From NCBI GenBank assembly GCA_003599015.1, contig QZIK01000133.1, forward strand, positions 1 to 63,416: a stretch of 63,416 nucleotides of DNA, read 5' to 3'. The notes beneath the pieces were generated by a model. The model worked only from the letters and a program-made list of their open reading frames with translations, had not been told where the DNA came from and made no database searches. Below are positions 1 to 9,439 of this stretch, piece after piece. How positions within the stretch are numbered: the stretch's first letter is position 1; each line of letters opens with the position of its first letter. Source of the stretch: Desulfobacteraceae bacterium. Lineage in GTDB: Bacteria > Desulfobacterota > DSM-4660 > Desulfatiglandales > Desulfatiglandaceae. The translations under genes and the position numbers were made by a program.

Positions 1-813
1 ATTCACTTCAACAGCCCGAGGAAGGATGGTCCATTTATAACCGTCAACTGCGCTGCCATTACAGAGACACTGCTTGAATCGGAACTCTTCGGTCATGAAA
101 AAGGGTCTTTCACCGGGGCCTTCAGGCAGAGGGAGGGACGGTTCAAACAGGCGGATGGCGGAAGCCTTTTCCTGGATGAGGTAAGTGAGATGACCCCTTC
201 AATGCAGGTTAAACTTTTGAGGGTGCTCCAGGAAAAAGAAATAACACGGGTCGGAGGCGAGGAGCCAGTAAAGGTGGATGTCAGGATAATAGCGGCCACC
301 AACCGTGATCTTGCAAAGGATGCGGCCGAGGGGCGCTTCAGAGAGGATCTGTATTACAGACTCAATGTGGTGAGCCTTATGGTTCCTCCACTGCGGGAGA
401 GAATAGAGGATATTCCCCTCCTTGCCCAGCATTTCCTGGCCGGATTTGCAGAGAAAAACAGAAAGGAGGTAAAGGGCTTCACTCCACAGGCCATGGACAG
501 GATCTTAAAGTATGGCTGGCCGGGGAATGTACGGGAGTTGATGAATGCGGTTGAGAGGGCGGTGGTCCTTTCTGTTTCCAGTTATGTGGATGTTCAGGAC
601 CTTCCCCATGCCCTGTGGAGGGGCGAAGAAAAACAAATGGAATCAAGAGAAACGGAGCTCCTCCATGAAAATCTTTCCCTTGATGCGGTTGAGAGGACAA
701 CTATTCTGAAGACCCTTGAGATGGCGGGAGGCAACAAGAGCGAGGCTGCCAGAAGACTCGGCATAACACGCAGGACTCTGCATAAAAAACTCAGGGCATA
801 TGGGGTCATGTGA
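1..813 (+). CDS. sigma-54-dependent transcriptional activator (NtrC/Fis family), C-terminal part; 5' end lies outside the window
   Basis: Frame 1 is open from nt 1. AAA+ sigma54-interaction motifs: [15 protein letters not shown] (GAFTGA variant), GGSLFLDEV (Walker B), [19 protein letters not shown]-terminal Fis-type HTH: [21 protein letters not shown]. Confidence 0.9.
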   Translation: MHFNSPRKDGPFITVNCAAITETLLESELFGHEKGSFTGAFRQREGRFKQADGGSLFLDEVSEMTPSMQVKLLRVLQEKEITRVGGEEPVKVDVRIIAATNRDLAKDAAEGRFREDLYYRLNVVSLMVPPLRERIEDIPLLAQHFLAGFAEKNRKEVKGFTPQAMDRILKYGWPGNVRELMNAVERAVVLSVSSYVDVQDLPHALWRGEEKQMESRETELLHENLSLDAVERTTILKTLEMAGGNKSEAARRLGITRRTLHKKLRAYGVM

Positions 814-896
814 GAGCAATAGACATCAGAGGGTAAACTTGACAGTTTTTGAATGAAGGTTAGTTTAGCACATCAAATAAAGGAGGGAGCATTTTT

Positions 897-1100
897 ATGG
901 AAAAAATAACCTTTTCTATACCGAAGATTTCTTGTGGGCATTGCGTAATGACCATCAAAAGGGAACTCAGCGAGCTCGAAGGGGTTTTCAAGGTTGAAGG
1001 AGATCCAGCCCGCAAGGAGATAACAGTTGAGTGGAAGGACCCCGCTTCCCTAAATAAAATAAAGGAACTGCTAAAGGAGATTAATTATCCCCCAGCTTAG
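897..1100 (+). CDS. copZ: heavy-metal-associated (HMA) domain copper chaperone
   Basis: 67 aa with a CGHC metal-binding motif in an HMA fold context (KISCGHCVMTIKREL). AGGAGGG RBS 7-8 nt upstream. Directly precedes the P-type ATPase. Confidence 0.85.
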   Translation: MEKITFSIPKISCGHCVMTIKRELSELEGVFKVEGDPARKEITVEWKDPASLNKIKELLKEINYPPA

Positions 1101-1112
1101 CCGGACGATAAA

Positions 1113-3557
1113 ATGACCGAAACAGAGATAATAATTCCCGTTACGGGAATGACCTGCTCAAACTGCGCCATCGCAATCGAAAGAGCTCTGAGAAAGACGG
1201 AAGGCGTGTTGAGGGCGGATGTGAATTTTGCAGCCGAGAATGTGACGGTTGCCTTTGACACGGGAAGGGTCAACACGGAGAAGGTGATTGCCCAGATAAA
1301 GAAGGCGGGTTACGGAGTCGCAACAGCCTCTGCTGAGATTCCTGTTACGGGAATGACCTGCTCAAACTGCGCTATGACCATCGAAAGGACCCTGGCAAGG
1401 AAGGTGCCCGGGGTAATAAGGGCATCTGTTAATTTTGCGGCAGAAAGCGCCCATGTGGAATATCTGCCTGGAATAACGGGCCTTGAGGATATAGTGGCCG
1501 CCATTGAAAAGGCAGGTTACGGCGCTGTCATCCCTGACGATTCCCTTGATACTGAGGATCCTGAGCTTGCGGCACGAGAGGCAGAGATACGTATTCAATT
1601 AGTAAAATTTCTTATCGGCATTATCTTTGCCGTCCCTCTTTTTATCCTCAGCATGGGAAGGGACTTTGGCCTTATCGGGGAATGGAGCCATGCGCCATGG
1701 GTTAACTGGCTCTTTTTTCTTCTGGCTTCGCCTGTCCAGTTCTATACAGGCTGGGACTACTATCGAGGCGGCTGGAAGAGCGTCAGAAATGGGTCTGCCA
1801 ACATGGATGTTCTGGTGGCGCTGGGCTCATCGGTGGCATATTTTTATTCCTTTGCGCTGCTTGTCTTTCCCTCGATGGGACACCATGTTTATTTCGAGAC
1901 GTCGGCGGTCATCATAACCCTTATAAAACTTGGAAAGATCCTTGAATCCCGCACAAAGGCCCGGGCCGGCCGGGCAATAAAAGCTCTTATGGGGCTTCAG
2001 CCAAAGACTGCAACCATTATGAGAGACGGCAAGGAGGTAGAGGTTCCACTCGTGCGGGTGGGCCTGGGGGATGTGGCGCTGGTAAGGCCAGGAGAGAGGG
2101 TACCTGTGGATGGGTTGGTTGTTGAGGGGGTCTCTTCGGTGGATGAATCCATGCTCACGGGCGAGCCCATGCCGGTTGAAAAGGCTGCAGGGTCTCGGGT
2201 TACCGGCGGTACCATCAATGGGGAAGGCCTTCTTAAGGTTAGGGCCGAGAGAGTAGGAAAGGACACGGCCCTTGCCCAGATCATCCGTCTTGTTCATGAG
2301 GCCCAGGGGAGCAAGGCTCCGATTCAAGCCCTGGCTGATCGTGTGGCGGCTGTGTTTGTGCCCGGGGTGATTCTTGCTGCTGTTATAACGTTTATTGTCT
2401 GGTGGGCGCTGTCTGGCCAGCTTGTTGCGGCCATGATACGTCTTGTTGCTGTTCTTGTCATAGCCTGTCCTTGCGCCTTGGGATTAGCCACACCGACTGC
2501 CATCATGGCCGGTACCGGAAGAGGGGCAAAGGAGGGCATCCTTTTCAAGGGAGGAGATGCACTTGAGACTGCCTCCCGTCTGGACATCGTTGTGATGGAC
2601 AAAACAGGAACAATTACAGTTGGAAAACCTGCATTGGATAAGATTGTCCTTGCCGGCTCAGATGACCTGGGCTCAGAGGATCTTTTACTCCTTGCCGCAT
2701 CTGTGGAAAAAGGCTCAGAACATCCGCTCGGCAGGGCACTGGTAAGGGCTGCGCAGGAAAGGGGGGTAGCCCTTGAAGAGCCTTCAGAGTTCAGGGCATG
2801 GGGGGGTATGGGAGTGCAGGGGAAGGTAAGGGGAAAGCTGGTTCTGGCAGGAAAGCCTTCGTGGTTGAGGGAACTTTCAATTGATGTTGATGTCCTTGAA
2901 AGCAGCATTAAGATCTTACAGGATGAAAGAAAGACGGTTGTGGCAGTTGCCGTGGATGGGAAAATTGCCGGCCTTATGGCCCTTGCAGATGGAATCAAAC
3001 CCGAATCCCAGTCTGCCATATCGGCTCTCAAGTCCATGGGCATAGGGGTTGTGATGCTTACCGGGGATAACCTAAAGACCGCCCGTGCAATAGCAGAGGG
3101 ACTCGAGATTGATGAGGTCCTTGCAGAGGTGCTTCCTGAGGAGAAATCCAAAAAGATAAGGGCGCTAAAGGAGCAGGGAGCAAGGGTTTGTATGGTAGGA
3201 GACGGGATAAATGACGCCCCGGCCCTTGCCCAGGCAGATTTGGGCATTGCCATAGGCACAGGTACGGATGTGGCCATGGAAACCGGCGATGTTATCCTGG
3301 CGAGAGGAGAACTTACCGGGGTCCCCAAGGCTCTCGCCCTGGGCAGAGCAACCATGAGAACGGTTCGCCAAAACCTGTTCTGGGCATTTTTCTATAATGT
3401 AGCCCTTATTCCCCTGGCCGCAGGTGTCCTTTATCCTTTTGAACAGCTTCCATTGTTCCTGAGACAGCTCCATCCCATACTGGCAGCGCTGGCCATGGCC
3501 GCAAGCAGTATAACGGTTGTCTCAAACAGCCTTCGACTTCAAAAGGCAAGGCTTTGA
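1113..3557 (+). CDS. copA: copper-translocating P1B-type ATPase
   Basis: 814 aa. Two N-terminal HMA domains (GMTCSNC twice), transmembrane CPC motif ([11 protein letters not shown]), phosphorylation site DKTGTIT, TGES-like TGEP, hinge GDGINDAP. Confidence 0.95.
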   Translation: MTETEIIIPVTGMTCSNCAIAIERALRKTEGVLRADVNFAAENVTVAFDTGRVNTEKVIAQIKKAGYGVATASAEIPVTGMTCSNCAMTIERTLARKVPGVIRASVNFAAESAHVEYLPGITGLEDIVAAIEKAGYGAVIPDDSLDTEDPELAAREAEIRIQLVKFLIGIIFAVPLFILSMGRDFGLIGEWSHAPWVNWLFFLLASPVQFYTGWDYYRGGWKSVRNGSANMDVLVALGSSVAYFYSFALLVFPSMGHHVYFETSAVIITLIKLGKILESRTKARAGRAIKALMGLQPKTATIMRDGKEVEVPLVRVGLGDVALVRPGERVPVDGLVVEGVSSVDESMLTGEPMPVEKAAGSRVTGGTINGEGLLKVRAERVGKDTALAQIIRLVHEAQGSKAPIQALADRVAAVFVPGVILAAVITFIVWWALSGQLVAAMIRLVAVLVIACPCALGLATPTAIMAGTGRGAKEGILFKGGDALETASRLDIVVMDKTGTITVGKPALDKIVLAGSDDLGSEDLLLLAASVEKGSEHPLGRALVRAAQERGVALEEPSEFRAWGGMGVQGKVRGKLVLAGKPSWLRELSIDVDVLESSIKILQDERKTVVAVAVDGKIAGLMALADGIKPESQSAISALKSMGIGVVMLTGDNLKTARAIAEGLEIDEVLAEVLPEEKSKKIRALKEQGARVCMVGDGINDAPALAQADLGIAIGTGTDVAMETGDVILARGELTGVPKALALGRATMRTVRQNLFWAFFYNVALIPLAAGVLYPFEQLPLFLRQLHPILAALAMAASSITVVSNSLRLQKARL
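1140..1372 (+). repeat. 29-nt perfect direct repeat (1140-1168 and 1344-1372) inside copA
   Basis: gttacgggaatgacctgctcaaactgcgc occurs identically in both HMA-domain coding segments (reads [10 protein letters not shown]). Confidence 0.9.
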
Positions 3558-3650
3558 TTTGTTCAGCTTGACATCCTGCCCGGGAATTGTCTATCAATTG
3601 GGACCACAAGCAATGCTCAACAGATTTCATATATTATGGAAGGAGAATTT

Positions 3651-5306
3651 ATGGGTTTCCAGTACTCAGTCAGTCCCGATGGTGAGAGTTTCAAGCTCCC
3701 TGACGATAAAGACTACGCCGATGAATATACGAGGATAGAGAGGCTTGTAGCCCTGAAAAAAGAGGAAGGCCTTGAGATTGTTGTTGTCATGGGACTGGGT
3801 TTTGTGGGAGCGGTTATGGCTGCTGTGGTTGCCGACTCCGTTGATAAGAAGACAGGTAAACCCAAAAAATTTGTAATAGGAATGCAGAGGCCCAGTCCAA
3901 GGAGTTTCTGGAAGATTCCGCTTTTTAACAGAGGCATTTCGCCTGTCAAGGCGGAAGACCCTGAGGTGGCGCCGATGATCGCCCGCTGCGTCAATGACAA
4001 GAAGACCCTTATGGCGACATATTCCTACGACGCACTGAGATTTGCGGACGTGCTGGTGGTGGACGTGCAGTGCGACTTTTTAAAGCAGCATCTCGGCAAC
4101 CTCAGAAGCGGCTATGCGGATATCAGCGCACTTGAGGAGAGCTTCAAGATTATAGGAACTAAAATAAGACCTGATTGCCTTGTTCTAATTGAGACAACGG
4201 TTCCACCCGGAACTACCGAATATGTAGCCTATCCAATAATAAAAAAGGCCTTCAAGCTGAGAGGCCTGGACGATGAACCTCTTCTTTCCCACAGCTTTGA
4301 AAGGGTTATGCCCGGCAGAGACTATGTTAGATCAATAAGGGATTTCTGGAGGGTCTGCAGCGGAATAAACCATAAAGCAAGGGAAGAGGTAACAAGATTT
4401 CTCTCTGATGTAATAAACGTGGAACAGTATCCTCTAACGGTACTGGATCGTCCTATTGAGAGTGAGACCTGCAAGATAGTCGAAAACAGCTACAGGGCAA
4501 CGATCCTTGCCTTCATGGATGAATGGAGTATCTTCTCCGAGACAAACGGGGTTGATCTAATAAAGGTCATGAAGGCCATAAAGATGAGGCCTACCCATAA
4601 TAACATGATTTTTCCAGGGCCCGGCATAGGTGGATACTGCCTCCCCAAGGATGGCGGTCTTGGCCTATGGGCCTACAAACATCTTATGGGGTTTGAAAAT
4701 GACATATTTCGAATCACCCCTGAGGCTATCAACATAAACGACACGAGGGCCTTGAGGGCTGCCCAGCTTGTGCGCGACGCCCTAAGGAACATGGGACGGA
4801 TCGTTGCGGCATCCCAGGTTGCAGTGCTCGGTGCCAGCTATAGGGAAGACGTAGGCGACACCCGTTACAGCGGATCAGAGATAATAGTCAGGAAGCTCAC
4901 AGAAATGGGGGCTGAGGTCAAGGCCCACGACCCTTACGTGGATCATTGGTGGGAGCTTGAAAAACAGGACACCTATCCCGCGGTGGGACAAAGCTGGTCC
5001 CGGTTTTTCAGGAACCAGGAGCATCTGGGAGAATTCCGTATGACGAAGGACCTTGGGGACGCCCTTAAGGGATCCGATGCGGTTGTACTCGCTGTCAGGC
5101 ACCGTCCCTACCTCGGGATCTCTCCCGATGAGGTGGTAGATATGGTGGGAGGTCCCCATGCCGTTGTTGATTGCTTCGGTATTCTTGATGACACAAAGAT
5201 TGAGAGATACTTTGAGCTGGGTTGCGAGGTAAAGGGCCTGGGAAGAGGCCACATCAATAGAATAAAAGATAAGGTCCGAAGGAAAAAAATGGGAATGTCC
5301 TCGTGA
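3651..5306 (+). CDS. nucleotide-sugar dehydrogenase family protein (UDP-glucose/GDP-mannose dehydrogenase superfamily), unusually long
   Basis: Rossmann motif VVMGLGFVGAVMA and catalytic-Cys motif GIGGYCLPKD. Start chosen at the ATG at 3651 because GGAAGGAG lies 6 nt upstream; the ORF track starts 15 nt earlier at 3636. Confidence 0.8.
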   Translation: MGFQYSVSPDGESFKLPDDKDYADEYTRIERLVALKKEEGLEIVVVMGLGFVGAVMAAVVADSVDKKTGKPKKFVIGMQRPSPRSFWKIPLFNRGISPVKAEDPEVAPMIARCVNDKKTLMATYSYDALRFADVLVVDVQCDFLKQHLGNLRSGYADISALEESFKIIGTKIRPDCLVLIETTVPPGTTEYVAYPIIKKAFKLRGLDDEPLLSHSFERVMPGRDYVRSIRDFWRVCSGINHKAREEVTRFLSDVINVEQYPLTVLDRPIESETCKIVENSYRATILAFMDEWSIFSETNGVDLIKVMKAIKMRPTHNNMIFPGPGIGGYCLPKDGGLGLWAYKHLMGFENDIFRITPEAININDTRALRAAQLVRDALRNMGRIVAASQVAVLGASYREDVGDTRYSGSEIIVRKLTEMGAEVKAHDPYVDHWWELEKQDTYPAVGQSWSRFFRNQEHLGEFRMTKDLGDALKGSDAVVLAVRHRPYLGISPDEVVDMVGGPHAVVDCFGILDDTKIERYFELGCEVKGLGRGHINRIKDKVRRKKMGMSS

Positions 5307-5323
5307 TAAGCCATGAAAAGGGT

Positions 5324-5479
5324 TTAAGCAACAAAGGCGTTGGGGCCTGCTACTAATCTTATCCCATTATCAAGTGCTATAACATAGAGCTCGTATGGGG
5401 AATCGGTCTTCATCTCTATGATACCGGTTACGCCCCTGTAACCCTTTGTCATCTTAACACGGGTACCCTTGTCCAGCAT
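5324..5479 (-). CDS. small hypothetical protein, 51 aa (below the ORF-track cutoff)
   Basis: Hand translation: MLDKGTRVKMTKGYRGVTGIIEMKTDSPYELYVIALDNGIRLVAGPNAFVA. GGAGGAAGAC RBS immediately upstream of the ATG. Lies 23 nt downstream of the preceding small ORF. Confidence 0.4.
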   Translation of the reverse strand: MLDKGTRVKMTKGYRGVTGIIEMKTDSPYELYVIALDNGIRLVAGPNAFVA

Positions 5480-5502
5480 GGTCTTCCTCCATTTCTGTTG
5501 AA

Positions 5503-5676
5503 TTACGTCTGATAATCCCTGAGCTTCTCAGCCAGGGAATCCGGCCAAAGATCAGAAAAGAGAAATGCCTCCAGTTCTTCTTTGGTTAAGTTTGCGACAA
5601 GGTCCCCGGGAAGGCTTCTAAGTGCCTCCATGCGCTGGGAGTCTGGTTTCCTTTCATCCGATCCGGGATCGGTCAT
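5503..5676 (-). CDS. small hypothetical acidic protein, 57 aa (below the ORF-track cutoff)
   Basis: Hand translation: MTDPGSDERKPDSQRMEALRSLPGDLVANLTKEELEAFLFSDLWPDSLAEKLRDYQT. AAGGAGA RBS 6 nt upstream. Promoter-like element upstream. Confidence 0.4.
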   Translation of the reverse strand: MTDPGSDERKPDSQRMEALRSLPGDLVANLTKEELEAFLFSDLWPDSLAEKLRDYQT

Positions 5677-5756
5677 ACATTATCTCCTTTCCCTTTGACG
5701 GGACGGATTCAGCCAAGTTGAGCCGAGGGCTTAAGGAACTCTTGCGCCTTGTCTCC

Positions 5757-5785
5757 ATACTATGCTAAAGGGAGACTGGTTTCAA
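5757..5785 (-). promoter_or_regulatory. sigma-70-like promoter for the two small ORFs
   Basis: On the minus strand: TTGAAA (5785-5780), a 17-nt spacer, then TAGTAT (5762-5757). It lies about 80 nt upstream of the 5676 start. Confidence 0.4.
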
Positions 5786-5841
5786 GAGGCAATGTTTATT
5801 TCTGTTGAGCGGTAAACAGCTTTTTCCTGGAGATTAACCAA

Positions 5842-6825
5842 TTGAAGGCCAGGTTGCGAATCTGGGCTGGAATTGCTGTTGGGCTTTTATTCATGTATCT
5901 GGCCCTCCGAAAGATCAGCCTGCAAGATCTTCTTGTCGGCTTCGGCAATGCCAGCTACTGGCCTCTTTTTCCATGTGCTGCGCTGGTTCTTTTGGCGCAT
6001 CTGCTGAGGGCATTTCGCTGGCAGGTTATAATGAATGCCTTAAAAATGATAAGACTGGGGGTGCTTTTTTCAGCACTAATGATAGGCTATGTTGTCAATT
6101 CAGTTACGCCTGCCCATCTGGGGGAGCTTGTCAGGGCCTATCTGGTTGGAAAAGAAGAGAGAATTCCGGTCAGTGCGGTGCTGGCAACAGTTGTTATTGA
6201 AAGGATAATAGATATCTTTTCCCTCCTTGTCCTTATGTTCCTTGCCGTCTTTCTTTACCCTTTCCCTGACTGGGTAACGCAAAGCGGATATATGATGTTG
6301 GCCGGAACCCTGGGTCTGATTTTTTTCCTGGCGATAATTCGTTTCCATCCCGTCCCTTCGCTTCGCTATCTGACGTGGGCTTGTAAATTTTTGCCGGGGG
6401 GCTTTGGACAGAAAATAACCGAGGCAGGCGAAAGCTTTATCTCGGGGCTTGTTCCCCTGAGACGATGGTATGATTATGTCACAGTCTCGATTCTTTCAGC
6501 CGCTATATGGTTTTGTTATGGCATGGTCTTCCACCTGTCGCTGTATGCATTCAATTTCACTGAGACCTATGATGCCAACTGGCTTGCCAGTCTCCTTCTT
6601 CTGGTTATAACCACTATTGCGGTTGTTATCCCTTCGTCGCCCGGATACGTCGGAACTTACCATTACCTCTGCCAGCTTACACTGGCCATGTTCATGATAC
6701 CCCCCGGTCAGGCCCTTTCATTTGCGGCAGTCGTCCACCTTGTTAACTTTATTCCTGTAACCGTGGTTGGACTCCTGTGCGCAAAGAGGCAAGGAATGGC
6801 TATAATTGGGGAAAAAAAGCACTGA
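5842..6825 (+). CDS. integral membrane protein, flippase-like / lysylphosphatidylglycerol-synthase TM-region family (UPF0104)
   Basis: 327 aa, about 8 hydrophobic helices, N-terminal pattern typical of UPF0104 proteins. TTG start with a GGAGA RBS. Confidence 0.65.
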   Translation: MKARLRIWAGIAVGLLFMYLALRKISLQDLLVGFGNASYWPLFPCAALVLLAHLLRAFRWQVIMNALKMIRLGVLFSALMIGYVVNSVTPAHLGELVRAYLVGKEERIPVSAVLATVVIERIIDIFSLLVLMFLAVFLYPFPDWVTQSGYMMLAGTLGLIFFLAIIRFHPVPSLRYLTWACKFLPGGFGQKITEAGESFISGLVPLRRWYDYVTVSILSAAIWFCYGMVFHLSLYAFNFTETYDANWLASLLLLVITTIAVVIPSSPGYVGTYHYLCQLTLAMFMIPPGQALSFAAVVHLVNFIPVTVVGLLCAKRQGMAIIGEKKH

Positions 6826-6852
6826 ACCCGGAGGACCTCCCCCCTTCGACGC

Positions 6853-7725
6853 CTAGCCAATCTCCACCTTTTTTAATTGGTCCATGATAGCCTCCTTGGG
6901 CATAAAGCCTTGTCCGCGGAAGACCTCTTTTCCTGCTGCATCAAAAATGATTATGGTCGGAATTACCTGTATTTTATATTCCTGAGCCAGATCCTTGTAC
7001 CTGTAAACATCTATTACAAGCACGTCCATCCGCCCGGCCTTCTCACGGCTTATCTCCTGAAGGATAGGCCTCAGCTGCCTGCATGGTATGCAGGAATTGG
7101 AGCCAAAGTCCACAAGCAAAGGCTTACCGTTCTTGAGTGCCGCAGAGAACTCTTCTTTGGTGTTGAAATCGGGCGGTTTGGTGGAAACGGACTGTAAACC
7201 CTCCTGATTGATCTTTACGTCAGCCTTTTCGCGTATTCCGGCCAGATATCGGGCATATTCCTCTTCGAGTTTTCCCTGCCCAAGGACCTGCTGGATCATG
7301 GGAGCAATCTGTTCAAGTGTCTTTCCCTCCATCCTTTCCTTGTGGGTTTCATAGAATGCCTTGACCTCCTCCTCGCTTACAGCGGGAGGATCGGCAAATT
7401 TTTTCTCCAGAAACTCCTCTATGAGTTCATCTTCATCTTTTGTTCCTTTTTCCGATGTGAAATTCTGCGCTTTAAGTTCCTGCAGTACTAGGGACTTTAT
7501 GATCATAATATCGAGGAACTGAGCCGGATCCTCCTTAAACATTGTCCTCGCCGGTTCCTGGACTTTTTCAACGGCCTTAGCGAACTGATCGGCTGTTATT
7601 TTTTCTCCGTTGACCGTTGCCAGGGCATCTCCTTGACCTTTGCCTACGGCTAAAAGATACAAAAAAAGCCCTCCTGCCAGAACAAGCAAGGCTGCTCCTC
7701 CGAATAGAAATGTTTTGTATTTCAC
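6853..7725 (-). CDS. membrane-anchored thioredoxin-domain protein with a SurA-N/chaperone-like N-terminal domain
   Basis: C-terminal thioredoxin fold with a CIPC redox motif (LVDFGSNSCIPCRQL). N-terminal single TM helix. GTG start at 7725 preferred because AAAGGAGGA lies 4 nt upstream; the ORF track extends to 7779. Confidence 0.7.
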   Translation of the reverse strand: MKYKTFLFGGAALLVLAGGLFLYLLAVGKGQGDALATVNGEKITADQFAKAVEKVQEPARTMFKEDPAQFLDIMIIKSLVLQELKAQNFTSEKGTKDEDELIEEFLEKKFADPPAVSEEEVKAFYETHKERMEGKTLEQIAPMIQQVLGQGKLEEEYARYLAGIREKADVKINQEGLQSVSTKPPDFNTKEEFSAALKNGKPLLVDFGSNSCIPCRQLRPILQEISREKAGRMDVLVIDVYRYKDLAQEYKIQVIPTIIIFDAAGKEVFRGQGFMPKEAIMDQLKKVEIG

Positions 7726-7831
7726 ATGTCCTCCTTTAGCTGTTGACCATTCTAACTGGTCTATGACTCTGATATTCAACTTCCTGAATAAGCCAGGTGG
7801 CCTTTTATCATCAGGCTCTGAATGCAGTGTT

Positions 7832-8734
7832 CTAGTTGCTATGATATGGGTCTGGAAACGGTGGCTCTAAGCCCAATTCAACGGCCTCATCATTTATCAC
7901 GTCTTTTAGAAAGGATTCGTGCCGCGGCATTTTATATGCCTTACCGTTTACAAAGAGAGAGGGAGTTCCACTTACCCCGGCTAGGACGCCCTCAGATTTA
8001 TCTCTTTCTATGTCTTCCAATAGCCGGACTTCCTCCATATCTCGTTTGAAAAGCTGCATATCAAGTCCTAGCTTCCGGGCGTGGCTTTCAATGTCTTCTC
8101 GTTCCTGCCTCTTCATGTCGCTGTATAGGAGCGCCCCCATTTCCCAGAATCTTCCCTGCCGATGGGCGGCTTCCGCAGCAGTGGAGGAAAACAGGGAGCC
8201 TTTGTGGCTTTTTAGGGGAAAGTGCTTGAAGACCACCTTTACCCTGCCCTTGGACTCCTCAACCAGTTTGTTCAACGTGGGCACAAGATCCCAGCAGTAA
8301 GGACACTTGAACTCGGCAAAATCAACAACCACTATCCGGGCATTCGGATCGCCCTTGGCGGGCCTTCCATCAAGTGTGAAAATAAATTTGGTCGTTTCTT
8401 TGGCAAATTTTGCTCTTTCAGCAAGAATTCTTTTTACATCATCATTACGGGCGCCGTTTGAGATAAGAAATACAACGATGGTTGTATTTCGGACGGCAAC
8501 TCGATCGGGAGGCTGCCTGTTGAGACAGGAAAAAACAGTATCCTCACAGGTTCCGTAATTATTTATATCTTTGATAAGATTAAGAAAATCATCCTGTTGG
8601 GCTTTGTTCAATCGGGACACTGCGGGTAAAATCTCACCGGGTAAGGCAGAGATATCTCCCTCTGCGCATGCACTCCCGGGACACAGAAAAAGAAAATAAA
8701 GAAAAATATTAATTGTAACGACTATTAATTTCAA
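7832..8734 (-). CDS. DsbA-family thiol:disulfide oxidoreductase, secreted
   Basis: CPYC motif in DsbA context (VVDFAEFKCPYCW). Signal peptide KLIVVTINIFLYFLFLCPGSACA. TTG start at 8734 preceded by GGAGGG; the ORF track begins at GTG 8770. Confidence 0.7.
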   Translation of the reverse strand: MKLIVVTINIFLYFLFLCPGSACAEGDISALPGEILPAVSRLNKAQQDDFLNLIKDINNYGTCEDTVFSCLNRQPPDRVAVRNTTIVVFLISNGARNDDVKRILAERAKFAKETTKFIFTLDGRPAKGDPNARIVVVDFAEFKCPYCWDLVPTLNKLVEESKGRVKVVFKHFPLKSHKGSLFSSTAAEAAHRQGRFWEMGALLYSDMKRQEREDIESHARKLGLDMQLFKRDMEEVRLLEDIERDKSEGVLAGVSGTPSLFVNGKAYKMPRHESFLKDVINDEAVELGLEPPFPDPYHSN

Positions 8735-8772
8735 TTGGTAGCCCTCCGCTTTTATTAGAAAGAGAATCACCT

Positions 8773-9291
8773 TCAGGGTCTTTTGCTGTCGGTTTCAGGA
8801 GTAATTCCATCCTGCGGCGTACCTTCTCCTACATGGCTGCCGCCTGCTTCAATCCACGCAAGAAGACCTCCTTCCAGGTATACGGCACCCTTTACGCCTT
8901 CCGCTTTCATCTCACCTGCGGCTCGCCTGCCTATTGCACCGGCCCCTTTAAGGTCATAGACAATTACTGTGTTCATTTTCCTTAGCTGATCCAGAGCGTT
9001 TTCTGAAAATGGCTCCAGAAAAGAATAAGGAAGGTTGACGGCCCCCTGTATATGTGCTTGAGAGAAATCTTTATGAGGGCGCACATCAACAAAAATAACA
9101 CTGCCGCCTTTCTCCTGCTTCAAGGCCCGGGCGACCGAGACTGAAGGAGCAGTATTTGTCTCCGATTCGCACTCCGATTGTGTGTTAAATGGATCCACCA
9201 GAGGCAGGCGGTCTTTCCTGAAGCTGTTTGCTACAACTGCCAGTGAAGCCGAAAAAAAAACGATGCCCGTAATCTGGAGCATCAATCTCAT
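8773..9291 (-). CDS. membrane-anchored rhodanese-homology-domain protein lacking the catalytic Cys
   Basis: Rhodanese pattern (FVDVRPHKDFSQAHIQGAVNLPY ... VIVYDLKGAGAIGRRAAGEM ... LEGGLLAW). Asp occupies the position of the active-site Cys. One N-terminal TM helix. The start is uncertain; the ORF extends to 9435. Confidence 0.6.
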   Translation of the reverse strand: MRLMLQITGIVFFSASLAVVANSFRKDRLPLVDPFNTQSECESETNTAPSVSVARALKQEKGGSVIFVDVRPHKDFSQAHIQGAVNLPYSFLEPFSENALDQLRKMNTVIVYDLKGAGAIGRRAAGEMKAEGVKGAVYLEGGLLAWIEAGGSHVGEGTPQDGITPETDSKRP

Positions 9292-9439
9292 AAAGGATCT
9301 TCTGCTAAAGCCTGACAAATTATCCTGTCTTTCTTGCCTTGATTTCAGTTGCCATGATAGTCCATAGACAACTCTGCTGCAAGCAGTTTGACAGGAAGGC
9401 AAATCCAAAAAAAGATATTTGCTGAAGAGCAACACCGGC

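Noticed and set aside
814-896. A sigma-54 promoter upstream of copZ that would link it to the adjacent sigma-54 activator.
   Set aside because: There is no TGGCAC-N5-TTGC element. Only a TTGACA-type -35 with a weak -10 is present. The activator probably regulates genes upstream of the window.
2324-3355. A 343-aa ORF antisense to copA, and several other 60-170-aa antisense ORFs between 1310 and 3630.
   Set aside because: It lies entirely inside the very well supported copA frame. The composition is a low-complexity Ala/Ser/Pro/Thr/Arg bias typical of the mirror frame of a GC-rich gene. It has no RBS and no recognisable motifs.
9251-9260. An A9/T9 homopolymer inside the rhodanese-domain gene as a possible phase-variation tract.
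   Set aside because: It encodes the Phe-Phe of a TM helix (GIVFFSA). Comparable 8-nt runs occur in other ordinary genes in the window (for example near 12690 and 20735), so it is not distinctive.
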